The position numbers and the translations under genes are program-made. A stretch of 64,000 bases of DNA, from the NCBI GenBank assembly GCA_028534125.1, contig CM052832.1:14820001-14884000 (forward strand), read 5' to 3'. Source of the DNA: Lama glama (taxonomy: Eukaryota). Positions 24,149-37,111 of the stretch are shown one piece after another. The notes below the pieces were generated by a model. The model saw only the letters and a program-made list of their open reading frames with translations, did no database searches and was not told the DNA's origin. Each line of letters begins with the position of its first letter. The first letter of the stretch is position 1.

Positions 24149-27100
24149 GACTACAGCCCCCGCCCAGTGTTTAAATATCACTGATTTTTAAATAGTAGCT
24201 GAGGCCATCTGCCCCCCACCTGGGAGACAGCCCCACCAACTTCCCAGCATTAGAGCTGCCGTCCTTCCAGAGCCACGGGGGCCCAGTTTCCTGCTGGTCT
24301 TCTCCCTTTGGCCTGTCTCCCACCCTCCCACCCATCCTTTCCAGTGGTGAACCTTTGTTGGGGGTATGATCAGCACAGGACCCTCAGCTGGCAGCCCCTT
24401 CAGGGATTGTGGCTTTGGCAGAGACACCTGCCTAAGGGCAGGCCCCGGGCCACACCCAGTGCCAGAAGGATGCTGAGGTCCTAAAGCCCAACCACTCCAA
24501 CGCCAGGCTAAAGGGCTCCTCCAGCTCGAGCACCCGGAGGGGCCCTGTGGGGCCTGCATCAGAGCCAGTCTTCTCTCTCTACCCTTCCTGCTTTCTTCCC
24601 CAGCTGTCCACAGGCCCAGGGATCACTCCCTGGCCTGATGATACTCCCATCCTGGGACCCTGACCTGCCCCACCAGGTCTCCAGTGTCCACCCTCCCCCT
24701 CCAGTCCACAGGGCCCCTGGCTGGAAACCAGCCATAAAGCGTCCACAGAAAGTGGGCCTAGTGCTAGCCAATGAGTTTTTTTAAATTTGGCTTTCCAGTA
24801 CATTCTAGATTTTCCACATAAGCACATATTACTTTGGTAATTAAAAAATAATAATACAAACTTTTTTTTTCTTTAAGAAAAATGTAAAACCAAACTGAGC
24901 AGCCCTCCACCTACCTGACATGCCTCCACCTCCCCCATCTCTCCCCACTGCTTCTCCAGGGAGGACTCCCTCCAAATCATCAAATGCCAGCCCCCAGCAA
25001 GCTCCCCTGTCCTGCCAGGCCCACAGGCAGTTTCACTTCTCCACTGAAGTCTTTCCACTGCCAGCTTGTCCTTGCTGGGGGGTCATATGCAAATTCTAAA
25101 TGGGTCCTTGTCTCCTTTAGGGAGATGAATGCTAAAAAGGTCCTAAGACTGGTAAGGAGAGAAAGTATATGATGGGGACCAACATTTGCTAACTCATTCC
25201 ACAAGTAGGAGCTAGGCTACTCTGCCAGGCACTGGGGACACTGGGAGCAAGACACAGACCCTGCTGTCAAGGACTCCACAGATGGGGAGGGGGGAACCAT
25301 CAAGAGACGGAGAGGATATTGTGTGAGGTGAGGTGAGCTGGGTGTGGGGAGGAGCAGTTCATGGAAGCTTCTGGAAAGAAGAAAAATCTCAGCAGACCCC
25401 TAAGGGTGAGAAGGGATGGGTAGGGAGTAGGGGGAGGGAGCGTGCTCTAGGCAGGGGAACAGCTTGTGCAAAGGCCTGCAGGTGAGAGAAGTGTGATTTA
25501 TTTGAGGAACTGTAAGCAGTTCAGAGCAGCTGGAGGGCAGAGGGAGGGCGAGAAGGGAGAGGAGGCCCAGGCTTGGGGAGGGTAGCAGGGCCACAGGAGG
25601 GAGACTGCGCTTTGTTCTTGGGGCAGTGGGGAGCCACTGAAAGATACAGAGCAGGGAAGTGACAGATCACTTGACCTGCCTGCCACGCAGTAGGTGCTCA
25701 GAGACCCACTGATATGGGTGTTACCACTGTGAGCACCCACAGCCATCAGAGGCACTCGTAATCATGCACATACCAACTGCTGTGCACGGACATTAGCCAT
25801 GGAGTACCTAAAACCTGTGTCTCCATAAAGACAACAGGCCCCCAGCAGCCAGGTCCACAGCGGCCTTACCCTCGCATTAGAGAATATATTAGGGAATAAG
25901 GGATTCTGGAGCCTAGGTTCCAATCCTAGCTCCTCTAATTTCAAACTGTGTTACCTTGGACACATAACCTCTCTGTGCCTCAGTCTTCTCATTTGTAAAA
26001 TGGGAGTAAAAACAGTACCCACCTCGTTGGATTAATGTGAAGATTGAATGAGTCAATACATGAAAAATAGTTGAAAAGCCTGGCATGGGGCAAATGCTGT
26101 GCACTGTTAGTTTTTACTACTATTACTGCATCCTTTCCCTCAAGATCCTCAGGGCCAACCACTTACAGGCACTAACTAAAGCGCCCTCCACTTCCTCCCC
26201 CTAGCCCTGAAGCATCACTCCCTTACTCTCTCCATTACTAGGGGCAAGGACACAGCCAGGCCAGAGGAACTTCTGGGTTCAAGGACAACCGGACATTGTG
26301 ACCTGGGCCCGGGGCCTCTCCCTAGCTCCCTCAAGCCCAGTGGAGAGAGCACTGGACTTGGAGCCGGGAAGTAAGCGCCACCCTTGGCTCTACTGCTGAC
26401 CCTTTCTGGGCCTCAGCACCCTCTCTGTAGGATGAGGAGAAGAACATCTCACAGATGTCTAATCAGCATGGCTGTCAAAGGAGCAACAGGGGCTGGGAAA
26501 GAGTTCTGGAAATGTCCATGTCCCAGACACAGGCCTTGTGGCTAGGCCAGAACCCTTGTTGGCAGCCTCCTCTTTTGGGCTGGGTTTGCTTCTTCACACA
26601 ATAGTAAGATCTGTTCAGAGCTTGCCATAAGGACCTCAGAGGCTGAGGATGGCCTGGCTTGGGTCTTCCCGGATTCCCTGATGTGGACCAGGACTCTCTC
26701 AAGAGCTAGGAAAGTGACAGACACCAGTGGTCTGAGCTTAGCACCCAGGAAGAAAGTGCCAACTCAGGGCCCTGAGCCAGACCTTCACCCAGGCCTTCAC
26801 TAAGCCTGGACCAGCCAGGGACTCAAACCAGGGGCCCCAAAAGACCCTCTGGAGCCACTGGGACTGCTGTGTTTATCTCCAAATGCCACAGCTGCCCATG
26901 GCTTCCAGGTCCAGGATTGGCTTCAGTGGACTACCTGTTTTTGGTAGCTCTTTAGTCCTGGGGGATGGGAGGAAAGCCCAATAGGGCCCCCCCCCTTCAG
27001 GATGCCAGCTATTTCCCAGAGTTCAAGTTGATTCATTCACTCATTCCACAAACATTTACTTGGTGCCAGACCCTGGTCAGGTGCAGGGGCGATGATAGAT

Positions 27101-27721
27101 GAATCAGACACATTCCTACCCAAAAGCACTTCCAGTCTAGCAGGCGACAGGCAAGGCATAAATAACTAAACCACAAGGCAGACTAGGTTGGAGAACGCAG
27201 GGCAGGAGGCAAGGATCTCACTAGGGTATCAGGAAGCTGCTTGGAGAGGGTGGCTTGTGAGTGGCTTATGGACATGTGATGGGAAGGCCAGGTAGGTGAG
27301 GGATAGAACCTCCAAAATAATTGACAGACAGCTCTGTTTGCACCCCGCTATGCCAGAGCCAGGGCAGCATGAGTTATTTATGGTTGTGCCCAGAGAAAAG
27401 CGGCCACATGTGTCACTGCACGTGGGGTGCAAAGCAGAGCGGTGGAGGGTGGGGGGCAGCTGGGGCTTGAAGCTGGGTCTGGCCAAGCTCTGTGGTTTGC
27501 CACCGTGTCCCTCACACTCTGATGACCTTTTAAGCTTTTCATGGCCTCCAGTAAGGTAAAAATAAGAAGAGAGTTCTAAGAGGCAGCAAGTGGCCTGAGA
27601 GGGGTGGGGGGCAGGGGAGGGAGGGCAGTGCCAGACAGACCATGGCTTCTGCTGTATCTGTGGGCCATTTATCATCACTTCCTTCTCCTCTCCCCACTCT
27701 CAGACCAGCTGTGGGGGAACA

Positions 27722-27881
27722 GATAGAGGGACAGAAGAATATATCTTTACTTGTAAACCAGACAGGACATAGGGCACACATCAGCCGCTGTGTTTCTCTC
27801 CAGCCCACTCTGGTCCATACATAGCCTACGCACCAAACTGGCACTAGCCCATCCTCCCTGCTGGTACTGGAACAAGCCAGG
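27722..27881 (+). repeat. 160-bp direct repeat, copy 1
   Basis: Aligns ungapped to 29721-29880 (offset 1999) with 6 mismatches, all transitions. Confidence 0.97.
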
Positions 27882-28019
27882 CCAGAGACTCGGACCCCAG
27901 GGACCTAGGTCCCACCTTCCCAAGGAATCTATTTCCTGCGTTTTCCCCAGGGTAAAGGCCTTCGCCAGCTCCCTCTCCCAGGGGGCCCAGAGCAGGGACA
28001 TTCTGACACTGCTTGGGTG

Positions 28020-28630
28020 ATGCTCGCGAACCCTGGAAACCCCAGCCGCGTGCTCACCTCTCTCCAGGTAATTGTCCGATCCTCCCCTGCGCTCTGGCGG
28101 GGGAGATGTCAGTCTCTGTGCCCACCGCAGACACGCACTCTCTTAACTGATGCCCTCCCTCCCCATCCTCTATCCACCGGCCAGACCCCCTACCTGGGGG
28201 CAGGCGCGCCCGGCAACATCGGCGGCGCTACAGGGCAAAGCGGGGCGTCTGGGGCCCAGTCTCAAGCCCGGACGACTTCCCAGGGGAAGAGAGGCTGCGC
28301 TGCAGCCGCAGCCACCGCGTCTCTCCAGATCTCGCCGGGGCTGCGGGAAGGAGGAAGGTCAGAGCCGACGAGGCGCGGGGAGGATGAGGGAGGAGGCTTG
28401 CACAGATGGGCGCAGATTAGAGAGGCATTTTTAGCCAGCCAATGGCAGCGCGGCGCAGGGCGGCGCGGTGCCTGCGCAGGTGGAAGCGCCCCGGCTGCTG
28501 AGGAGGCAGCAACCGGCTTAGGAGGTGCCCGGCGAGGGGGGCCCTCAGCACCCCCAGCCCCCAGGCCGGCGCCCTCATCCAAGGGGGTGCTCCCGGCAGT
28601 GGCAGAGGGGCTGTGAGGCGGGCGGGTGCA
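28020..28630 (-). promoter_or_regulatory. PACSIN1: CpG-island promoter, probably PACSIN1 (syndapin-1), head-to-head with RPS10
   Basis: Dense CpG island with an NF-Y-type CCAAT box (AGCCAATGG 28437-28445) and GC-rich boxes. Gene identity is inferred only from synteny (PACSIN1 lies head-to-head upstream of RPS10 in human); no PACSIN1 coding exon is in the window. Confidence 0.65.
28194..28345 (-). other. PACSIN1: Putative non-coding first exon of PACSIN1
   Basis: Minus-strand GC-rich leader ending in donor CCCCCAG|GTAGGG (intron begins 28193), downstream of the CCAAT box in minus orientation. 5' boundary is approximate. Confidence 0.55.
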
Positions 28631-29720
28631 GAGGGCACCCCTCTTTCACCCTCCTCCCCAGCCCTCCTGCAGGAGCTCTGGGGACCCGGGGTGTCTCTCC
28701 CCTCCCCCTCTCTGCCCTTTCCCCACCTTTTAGGACATTCCTCCCGCCTCTCTTAATCCTGCATCTTCCGGTACAAGCTGGGGGTGTATGTGGTGGGTAT
28801 GTTTGGTTTATGTGTGAGCAGTGCTCTGGAGTGACGGCCCCCTCCTCCACCCTCCCACCCATAACCCCTCAACCCACATCAGCTCCTCCCAAAAGTACCC
28901 TCTTGACTCCACAGGATAGTCAGTAACCCTCTTGTCCTGGGCCAATTGGACCTGCTGTCACCAAGACAGACTCCAGGCCATCTCCTTGGGGCTCTCTGGG
29001 GACTTGTTGTGACCCTACAACACCTTCACTCTTCCTGCCTTGAACCCTGAATGCTTCTGGAAGCCTGCGTACTGCAGGGGGCACTGGGGCAGCTCTGTTC
29101 ACTGCAGACATGCTAGGCACTGTCTTGGATTTATAAATAGGATTTATTTGACACCTATCTATTGAGAGCCTACTATGTGCCAGGTATTGATGGGGGTCTG
29201 GGCTACAGCACAGTATGAAACAGACCAAATCTCTGCCCTCAGGTAGTTCACATCTGTGAGAGAAGACAGATGTTCAATACAATGAATAGTGTATAGAGTA
29301 TGCTTTAAAGTGACATGCACAAAGTAGGAAAATAAAGCTAGAGAAAGGAAAAGAAAGTGAAGGTGGTCAGGGAGAGATTAGGTCCTAGCCATTCATGGGG
29401 AGTTGGGGGCACCTGCTGAATTTGATCGTAAATGCCTCAAGTAAGTATGCAGATTCTAGTTTGCCACAAACCTCACCATTCCCTAATGTTTGCATCTGGC
29501 TGGTCACACGTTTATATTTCCTGCCCTCCCTCTCCATCCTCCTTCACCAGAGGCACTGAAATTCATGCCCCCAGTGACTCTGAGGCATGCCCAAATGCAG
29601 CATTTATTCATTCAAAAAGAATCCTCAGACCACTGACTGCATATCAGATGTTAAGAGCCTGAAGGAACTCAATACTTGGTCAGAGAGGCCAGACAGCAGT
29701 ACCTACGCCAAGGATGAACG

Positions 29721-29880
29721 GATAGAGGGACAGAAGAATATATCTTTACTTGTAAACCAGACAGGACATAGGGCACACATCAGCTGTTGTGTTTCTCTCC
29801 AGCCCACTCTGGTCCATACATAGCCTATGCACCAAGCTGGCACCAGCCCACCCTCCCTGCTGGTACTGGAACAAGCCAGG
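29721..29880 (+). repeat. 160-bp direct repeat, copy 2
   Basis: Aligns ungapped to 27722-27881. The supplied ORFs 27642..27824 and 29587..29823 accordingly share the peptide IEGQKNISLLVNQTGHRAHIS.CVSLQPTLVHT. Confidence 0.97.
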
Positions 29881-31145
29881 GTAGAGACAGCCAATGTTCT
29901 AGAGAAGGTCAGAGGGCTCTGAACTAAAGCCATCCAGGAAGGCTTCTTGGAGGAGGCAGCATTCCAATGGGGTGTTGAACAATAGCTGGGATTCTGACGA
30001 GCCAGATGGGGCAGGAGGTAGGGAAGAATTAGAGAGGCCTGCAAAGCTAGGGGACATTTGACAGGGTTCTGGGGCTTGTGTCCTAGAATATTTCTGGACA
30101 TCTTCCACATAAGGGGTGTAGTAGTCCCACCTCCATCCCCACCGCAGCTGTTCTGGGTCCTAGCTGACCTCATCTCTACCTGGAATTTTCCTTTGCCCCA
30201 AGAGGAGGCATGATAAGCATGTGGAGGGGAAAATGGGAACATTGACTTTCCTAGTTACTTGTTTGTTGGGTGAAAATAGGCATGTTACTTAAACTCACCA
30301 AGGTTCAGTCTCCTGATTTTAAAAGCTCCTTATCTCCTTAGCTTAATAGTGACAAGTTACTTAACTGATCTATGCCTTGGTTCCCTTGTTCGGAAAATGG
30401 AGCAGCAGCAACACCTACCTCACAGGCTGTGAATCGGACACAAAACAATCCAGGGGAACCACTCAGGAGGTAAGTACTCAGTTAATTTCATTGTATTTAT
30501 TATGATGATAATTGAACTTGCCTCATAGGGTTGTTGGCATGAGATAAAGCATGTAATTTGCCCAGCATTATGCCAGGATCCTAACAGTTGTGCAATAATT
30601 GGTGTCTATTATATCATCATTGACTACATGCACCCCCAAATATCTCCCTTTTGGTCTAGAACAGCACTGCAAAATTTCCCCATTAGACTGAACTTTCCTA
30701 ATGTGATAGGCTAATTTTCCCAAAGGGTCTTAAAACGCTGTCTAGGATGGAAAGACTAAAAATCTGCCCCTCCCCTGCTAATACGTGGGCCTGGCTCAGT
30801 GTGTCATGAGGTGTTTTGGTGTAGATGGAATAGAACCCAGGAGGGGTATGTTTTGAAAAGGCAGTGAGGTCCAGAGCACTGGGCACCAACAGAGAGAGGA
30901 CACTTAATGTCCCTTGGCAGCCAGGCATCTGGTGGAGGATGCAGGAGCGGGAAGGGCATGGGCATTCACAGGGGATGGGGGCATAATGCGAGTCCTGAGA
31001 GAGGCTAGGGGTTCACGGAAGCTGGAACTGTTTGGGGCAGTTGTATATAGGGTAATGGAGAGGGAGACCTGATTAGGCAGATGATGGACAGAGGGGGTGA
31101 GGGATCAGACAAGCCAGGCTTACTCCATTTGAACATGAGATACGA

Positions 31146-31280
31146 GGGCTTGGGTATAGCTCAGTGGTAGAGCATGTGCTTAGCAGGTTCAGGGTCCTGG
31201 GTTCAATCCCCCGTGCCTCCATTAAGAAAAATAATAGTAATAAATTTTTTTAAAAACTATAAAAATTATAGGTAAAAAAA
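31146..31280 (+). mobile_element. tRNA-derived SINE (Vic-1-like)
   Basis: GGGTATAGCTCAGTGGTAGAGCATGTGCTTAGC...CCTGGGTTCAATCCCC plus an A-rich tail; flanking duplication is diverged (gaacatgagat / gaagttgagat). Confidence 0.85.
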
Positions 31281-33094
31281 GAAGTTGAGATGTGCCTAGC
31301 ATTGAATTAAGACCTTAGCGGCCCCAAGTCCTAAAAAAAGTGAGAGTGGAAAACACCCCCCACACACATATTCCTGCCCATGTGTAATCCAAAATAAAAT
31401 GTTATTTTGGAAATTGACCCAGAACTTCTATGCTTCCTAAAATGAAACTAGCTTCCTTCTAGATTTTCTGGTTGCAAAACTGAACTGAAAAACTGAAAAT
31501 TGATTCCCAGTTGAACTATCCTCCCCCGTCTCCCTCTCCCTCTCTTATTTTGTGCCCCTGTCCAGAGAGTAAGACTTTCTCCCATTTGCACTTTTGCAAA
31601 CAAAGTTTGTTTTCACTTTTCCAAGTGTGTTTCCCATGTCTTATCTCCCTCAACAACTTACTTTTCTCAGTCCCATTAAGTTCTGACTCACCTGGGATTC
31701 CAGGGGCCTTTGCTCCCACTGAGAGCCCCAAGCCGTCCCTTGGTCAGAGGCCTCCTCTGCTAGCCTCTCCATGCCATTCTGAGCAAGGAGGCAGGCACAG
31801 CTCTCCCCAGTGGAGCTGCAAATGCAGACATGACAAAGAGGATATGTAGACAGGAGGGCAGACCAGCACGAACAAGCGTGTGGAATCAACCAATCAATCA
31901 ATGAGCAAATGGTCATTCATGTCATATGCTTAGCCTGAGAGACATGGAGGGAGGTGGGGAGGACTTAGATTCCCTTTTGTTCTGTCCAATATGGAAGGCT
32001 TCGAGGAGGTGAGGTTTTGAGTTGTTTCTCTACTCTCACCACATCTCTGGTTGGAAAGGGAGGGCAGGGAGTATGTCCCAATTTTGGCAGAACAGGACTC
32101 TGAGGCCCAGAGAGGAAAAGTGACTTGTTCAAGGTCACACAGCGCATCAGTGACAGAGCTGGACTAGAAACAGATCTGACTTCTGGTCAGGTGCTGTCGT
32201 CACCAGATTCCTCTACCTCCCCCGCAAACCTGCATGGAGGTGGGGCAGGACAATAAGGGGAAAGCGACTGGCCCAATAGCCTCAGGGTGTTTTATTCTCT
32301 GAACTGCCTCCCAGCAGCATGCACAGAGGTGAGCAGGAGACCCCCAAGGGACCAAAGTACTTTAAAAAGATACTCACGGCCCCTTCTGCCCCCTCCTTAT
32401 CTTCCCACCAACTGGCTTCATACTTGCAAGTTGGTTTCCCATCACCTGCCTGGTGGACAGAGCCTGTTGCCAGCTGCACCTTGAATCCAGGGACCAAGAT
32501 ATCAGGAGTCTTGGAATTGTGGTTTTCTCTGTCCATGACTCATGCCTGGAGGGTTAAAATGCCCCCAAGACATATGATCTTGATAAGGCACTCAGTCTTA
32601 GGAGGTGCCAGTGTTAGGACCCAGACTGCTTGAGAGAGGGTTCACCCCAGCACATACATAGGCAGTGGCAAACTCAGAGCACTTTTCTTGGACCAGGTAC
32701 TTTGTAAGCACTTTACACATATGAACTACCAGGGATGGGTATTTACTAGCCCCATTCACCAACAGGGACACTAAGACCCAGAAAGGCTAGGTAATTTGCT
32801 CAAAGTCACACAGCTGGTCAGTAGTGGAGCTGGGATTCAGACCCAGGCAGTCTGGTTCTAAAAGCCAGGCTCATAATCACTCAGCTAGGAAAGAAGCAGA
32901 CATTTACTGAGGGTCTTCCTGTGCATAGGAGGACTTTATATGATCTCATTTAGTATCATTATCCCCATTTTACAGATGAGGAAACTGAGGCTCAGTGGGT
33001 CCTTTGGTGAGGCTGCTCAAAGTATAAAAAGGGGGGACATTAGAGGTGATACTTAGGGAATGGGCGCTGGAACAGACCGCAGGGCCTGTATGTC

Positions 33095-33113
33095 ATCGCC
33101 ACCTAGTGGCACT
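33095..33113 (-). promoter_or_regulatory. CTCF-binding motif
   Basis: Minus strand reads GTGCCACTAGGTGGCGAT, a close match to the CTCF core CCASYAGRKGGCRS. Confidence 0.7.
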
Positions 33114-34244
33114 GTACCTTAAATGCAGGCAGAATACCTAAGGAGATGCTGGTGTTAAATTCAACATCCACCAAAGATTTTGTGTTTGTGTTTTGGTTTT
33201 GGCTTTGAATTTCTGTATCCTGAACAACAAAGAGGTGTGGTTTGCTCATCATAATCTTTTATATTGAAGATGTGGTTGTGGGCAGAGTTTAGCATTTGTA
33301 ATTTCAGCTTCAGAATGAATACCTGGGAGGAGGGGAATCTGTATTGTGTGTTGATTTTTTAGTTTTACAAGGGCTTTCACACACATTGTCTCATCGGACT
33401 CTTACCACACCTGGCATTACTTTGACTCCTACTTTTTTGGATGAGGAAATGAAGCTTGTCAAGGGAGCTTGACTGAGCTGGCATTGGAACCTATCCCTGG
33501 TGGCTCCAGAACCTGGGTCTTGTGACAGGAGAGGCCCCATTAGATCAAGCCCCCACATCCCAGGCCCAGAGAGGCTGGGTGACCAGCCCAAGGATCCGGA
33601 AGTCTGTGGCAGGCCTGAGTCTCCATCCCAAGCGCCTCAATTACAGGGCTGAGTTCCCCTCCAATCCTGGGCTGTGTTTCAGCTTCTGCTTCCTCCAAAG
33701 CAAACCCTACCTGAAGGAGAAAGTGAGGTCGGTCAGAGGCACTGCCATGAGGCTCACTTCTGCAAAGTACCCCCTCCTGCCATGGTCTCTGCTTTGCTGC
33801 TTTTCCATCTGAGAGCCTGGGGTCTTCCTTCCAACTGTTTTTCCTTCTTCATGCGGCCAAGTGTTAGGCCAAGGAGGTGAAAACAACACCTCTGGTCCAT
33901 TTGCCTGCTCACCACCCTCACCCTCTGGCGACCTGTGCCAGCTTCCCCCATTGCAGAGCCAGGAAGCCCAAGCCCAGATGAGATGGGAATACACATGGGG
34001 TGTAGGGCTGGGGGACTGCCATTTGGTCCTGGTTCTGCCAACAACTCACCACATGGCCTGGGGTGCGACACTTTGCTTCTCCCACCTGGGTTTCCTCACC
34101 AACACAGTGGGGAAGGATCACAGCATAGTGTGTCAGAGCTGAACACTGAAAATCACCTGTGTTACCCTACAATGGGTTTATTAGACACATCGTGGCACAG
34201 CCATGCAGTGGAATATTATGCTGCTTATTAAAAAGAGTAAGACA

Positions 34245-34356
34245 GGGGGTGGGTATGGCTTAGTGGCAGAGCATGTGCTTAGCATGCATGAGGTGGGGGG
34301 GTTCAATCCCAGCACCTCCTTTAAAAAAAGATAAATAAATCTAATTACCCCCCCCA
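34245..34356 (+). mobile_element. tRNA-derived SINE (Vic-1-like) inserted in an old L1 3' end
   Basis: GGGGGTGGGTATGGCTTAGTGGCAGAGCATGTGCTTAGCATGC...GTTCAATCCC, tail ctaattaccccccc; diverged duplication aaaaagagtaagacag / aaaaagaatgaggcag. Confidence 0.85.
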
Positions 34357-35754
34357 AAAAAGAATGAGGCAGCTCTTAATGTTCTGATATGAAACAATCC
34401 CCAAGTATCTACTTTAAGAGGAAAAAGCAAGGTGCAAAGCTGTGAGTATAGTCACTACCATGTGTATATATTTTAAAAGTAATGATGGAAGAATATATCT
34501 CTAGGTTTGCCTGTAAATACAGAGAGTGTTTCTGGCAGGACACAGGGACCTGGAAAGAGTAGCCACTTCCTGGGAGGAGAATTGGGTGGCTGGATACAGG
34601 TCAGGGATTCGCTGTTCTGCGAACCCTCATCTTCCTTTTTGATGTTTGAACCATTTTAATGTATCATCTATTCAAAAAATTAAATTACACATTTTAAAGA
34701 TAAAAATAAATACAAGAGGGGAGTAACAATAACCACCGTTCCTATGGTCTTGCTGTATTTTCAACCCTATTGCAAGTGCCCCAAGACCAATATCTTGCTT
34801 AGTTTCCAGTGTGGTTCTTCTTCATATTTCAACCAGGTATAATTTCCCCAGTCAAATTTTGCAGCAATGCATAACCAGAATGGAGGCCTAAAACTGAGAT
34901 CACCCATTGTGGGGCCCAGTTCTTGGCTGTGGTTGTTACTCAGTAGTGTTCAGTTGGGCAGAACAGAGGAAGAGAGGCCAGAGACCCTGGCAGGCTCCTT
35001 GGTGACAGCCTCCATCATCACAAGGTGCAGGCTCCAGTGTTGTCAGAGCTCCACCCCCTCATCTCTCCTTTGCCCTGATGGTCTGGGTGGTACCATCAGC
35101 ACCATCTCTGGTCGTGCTGTCCATGTGCCCTGCTGCCCCTAAGCCGTAAGTCAGCACTTCAGAGCATCAGTAAATCAAATGGTGAAGCGGAGGCTGCCCT
35201 GTTGGTTATCTCTGTTGGTTTCGCTGGCAATATTGGGAGCTCCTTGAAACTTGTTCATCCACAGCATGGAGTTGGATAGCTTGGCCGCATCATTTGGGCC
35301 TTGGACCCTTTCTCAGTTCTGCATCATTTCTCTCTCCATCTAATACAGCTCCTCATGATTTTACTCATGGACTAACTAGGAGACAAATACAGACCAGCAG
35401 TGTTCTATTTAAGCCATACTTCATTTTTTCCTTCGTTTCATCTGTTGAGGGCCTACTGTGTCCCATGTACTGTCCTAGGTTCTGGGAATACAGCCATGAA
35501 TAAGGCTGTCAAAATTGCTGCCCTCTTGGAACTCACATCCCGGTGGGAAGACAGATGATAAGCAGATAGATAGATGATAAGCAGATAGACAAATAAAAAT
35601 AAAATAATGTCAGGGGGTAAGAGTGCTATGAAAAATGACTGGGGCTTCAAGAGTTTGAGAGGGTGTAATCTTTGTAAGCAAGGTCAATGAATGTTCTAGA
35701 GAAATCATCAATACATCAAAACTTCTTGACAAAATTTAATCAGGGAAATTATAC

Positions 35755-36200
35755 TTGGTTGTTTAGGTCTTCGATGTATGTGGAGTTGATTTTTGTACAT
35801 GGTGTTAGGTGGAGGTCCAACTTCATTCTTTTGTGTGTGGATATCCAGGTTTTCCAGCGCCATTTGTTAAAGAGATTGTCCTTTCCCCATTGTGTAGTCT
35901 TGGTACCCTTGTCGGAAATCACTCAGCCATATACACAAGTGTTCATTTCTGGGCTCTCTATTCTGATCCATTTGTCTATATGTCTGTCTTTATGCCTGTA
36001 CCACACCATCTTGATTACTGTTGTTTCATAGAATATGTTGAGATTAAGACATGTGAGATCTTCAACTTTGTTCTTCTTTTTCAAGATTGTTTTGTTTATT
36101 TGGAGTCACTTGAAATGCCAAATGAATTTTATGATGAGTTTTTCCATTTCTGTAAAAACAGCTATTGGGATCTTAATAGGGATCACACTGAATCTGTTTA
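35755..36200 (-). mobile_element. L1 ORF2 fragment
   Basis: Antisense L1 text (tttaggtcttcgatgtatgtggagttgatttttgtac; ccagcgccatttgttaaagagattgtcctttcccc). Confidence 0.8.
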
Positions 36201-37111
36201 CTATGAAGTCCCTTCTCTTACCTCTCTGAGGCCCCCTGGCCTGGCTGGGAGACTCCTGCAAACCCTTGGGCCTGGGCAGTCCTGAGCCCTCACCCTGGCT
36301 CTGCTATTTGCTGTCTGTGTGAGAGTGAACCCCTGGGCTCAACTTTCCCATCTGAAAAATGGAGTAAACAGTGGTCACTTTGCTGTGTCATCAGAAGGAC
36401 TATCAATAATGTGAGGACAGAGTGGGCATTTCTCAAACAGTGAGGGAGATGTCTCTGTTCCCGTGTAGACACATCCACCACCTGAAGGGAAGGATTTTTC
36501 TCCTGGGAATGTGGGATCTGTCCTGGGAAGGAGAGTGTGAACTTCCTGCAGAAAGGGGAGTCCCTCACCCTTCCCTCACTCCTCTCTGCCTCTGGGTTCC
36601 TGTCCCAGCCAGACAGCTGAAACTGCAGCAGCTCTGAGGGCAGGGCAGCTGAGCAGGACAGCACTGAGCCCCATTTGTCCCTCTTACCCAACTCCGTTCC
36701 CTTCACCCCACCTGCAATGGAACAGGTCAAGGAAGGAGCTGAGTACCCCAGACCTACCTCTGAGCACATCCTGCCCCTGCCCACAGGCACGGAATTCAAA
36801 TGAGGAGGAAAAGACAGAGTGGTGACTGCAGAAACAAGCGGAATCCCTGCCCCATCCCCACAAAGATGCTGCCTTCATTCAAATTACAACACATCCCAGC
36901 ATCTCAAGACCCCCAAGCCCCACCACCAAGACTGGCTGGCACCTGGCCCCAGAGAAGACAGTCACAGACCCATGGATTGAGCCTCAGACCCACCAGACCC
37001 ACTGGACTCCAAGGGGCCAAGTGTGCCTCTGTGCCTTCTCCATCCCTCCATCCTCGTTGTTTATCTATTTATATTAAATGTTTGCATTTCCGAATGGAAA
37101 TGAGCTCCCTT

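Noticed and set aside
28017..28926. 199-aa and neighbouring ORFs over the CpG island
   Set aside because: Chance ORFs in GC-rich promoter sequence; no F-BAR or SH3 similarity, so not PACSIN1 coding sequence.
35095..35135. REST/RE1 silencer element for the neuronal gene
   Set aside because: Only separate half-site-like pieces (TCAGCACC; GGACAG on the opposite strand) with wrong spacing and orientation.
34740..35370. Possible degraded processed pseudogene on the minus strand
   Set aside because: Short open stretches (e.g. MGDLSFRPPFWLCIAAKFDWGNYTWLKYEEEPHWKLSKILVLGHLQ) match nothing I recognise, and I found no poly(A) tail or duplication. A BLASTX search would settle it.
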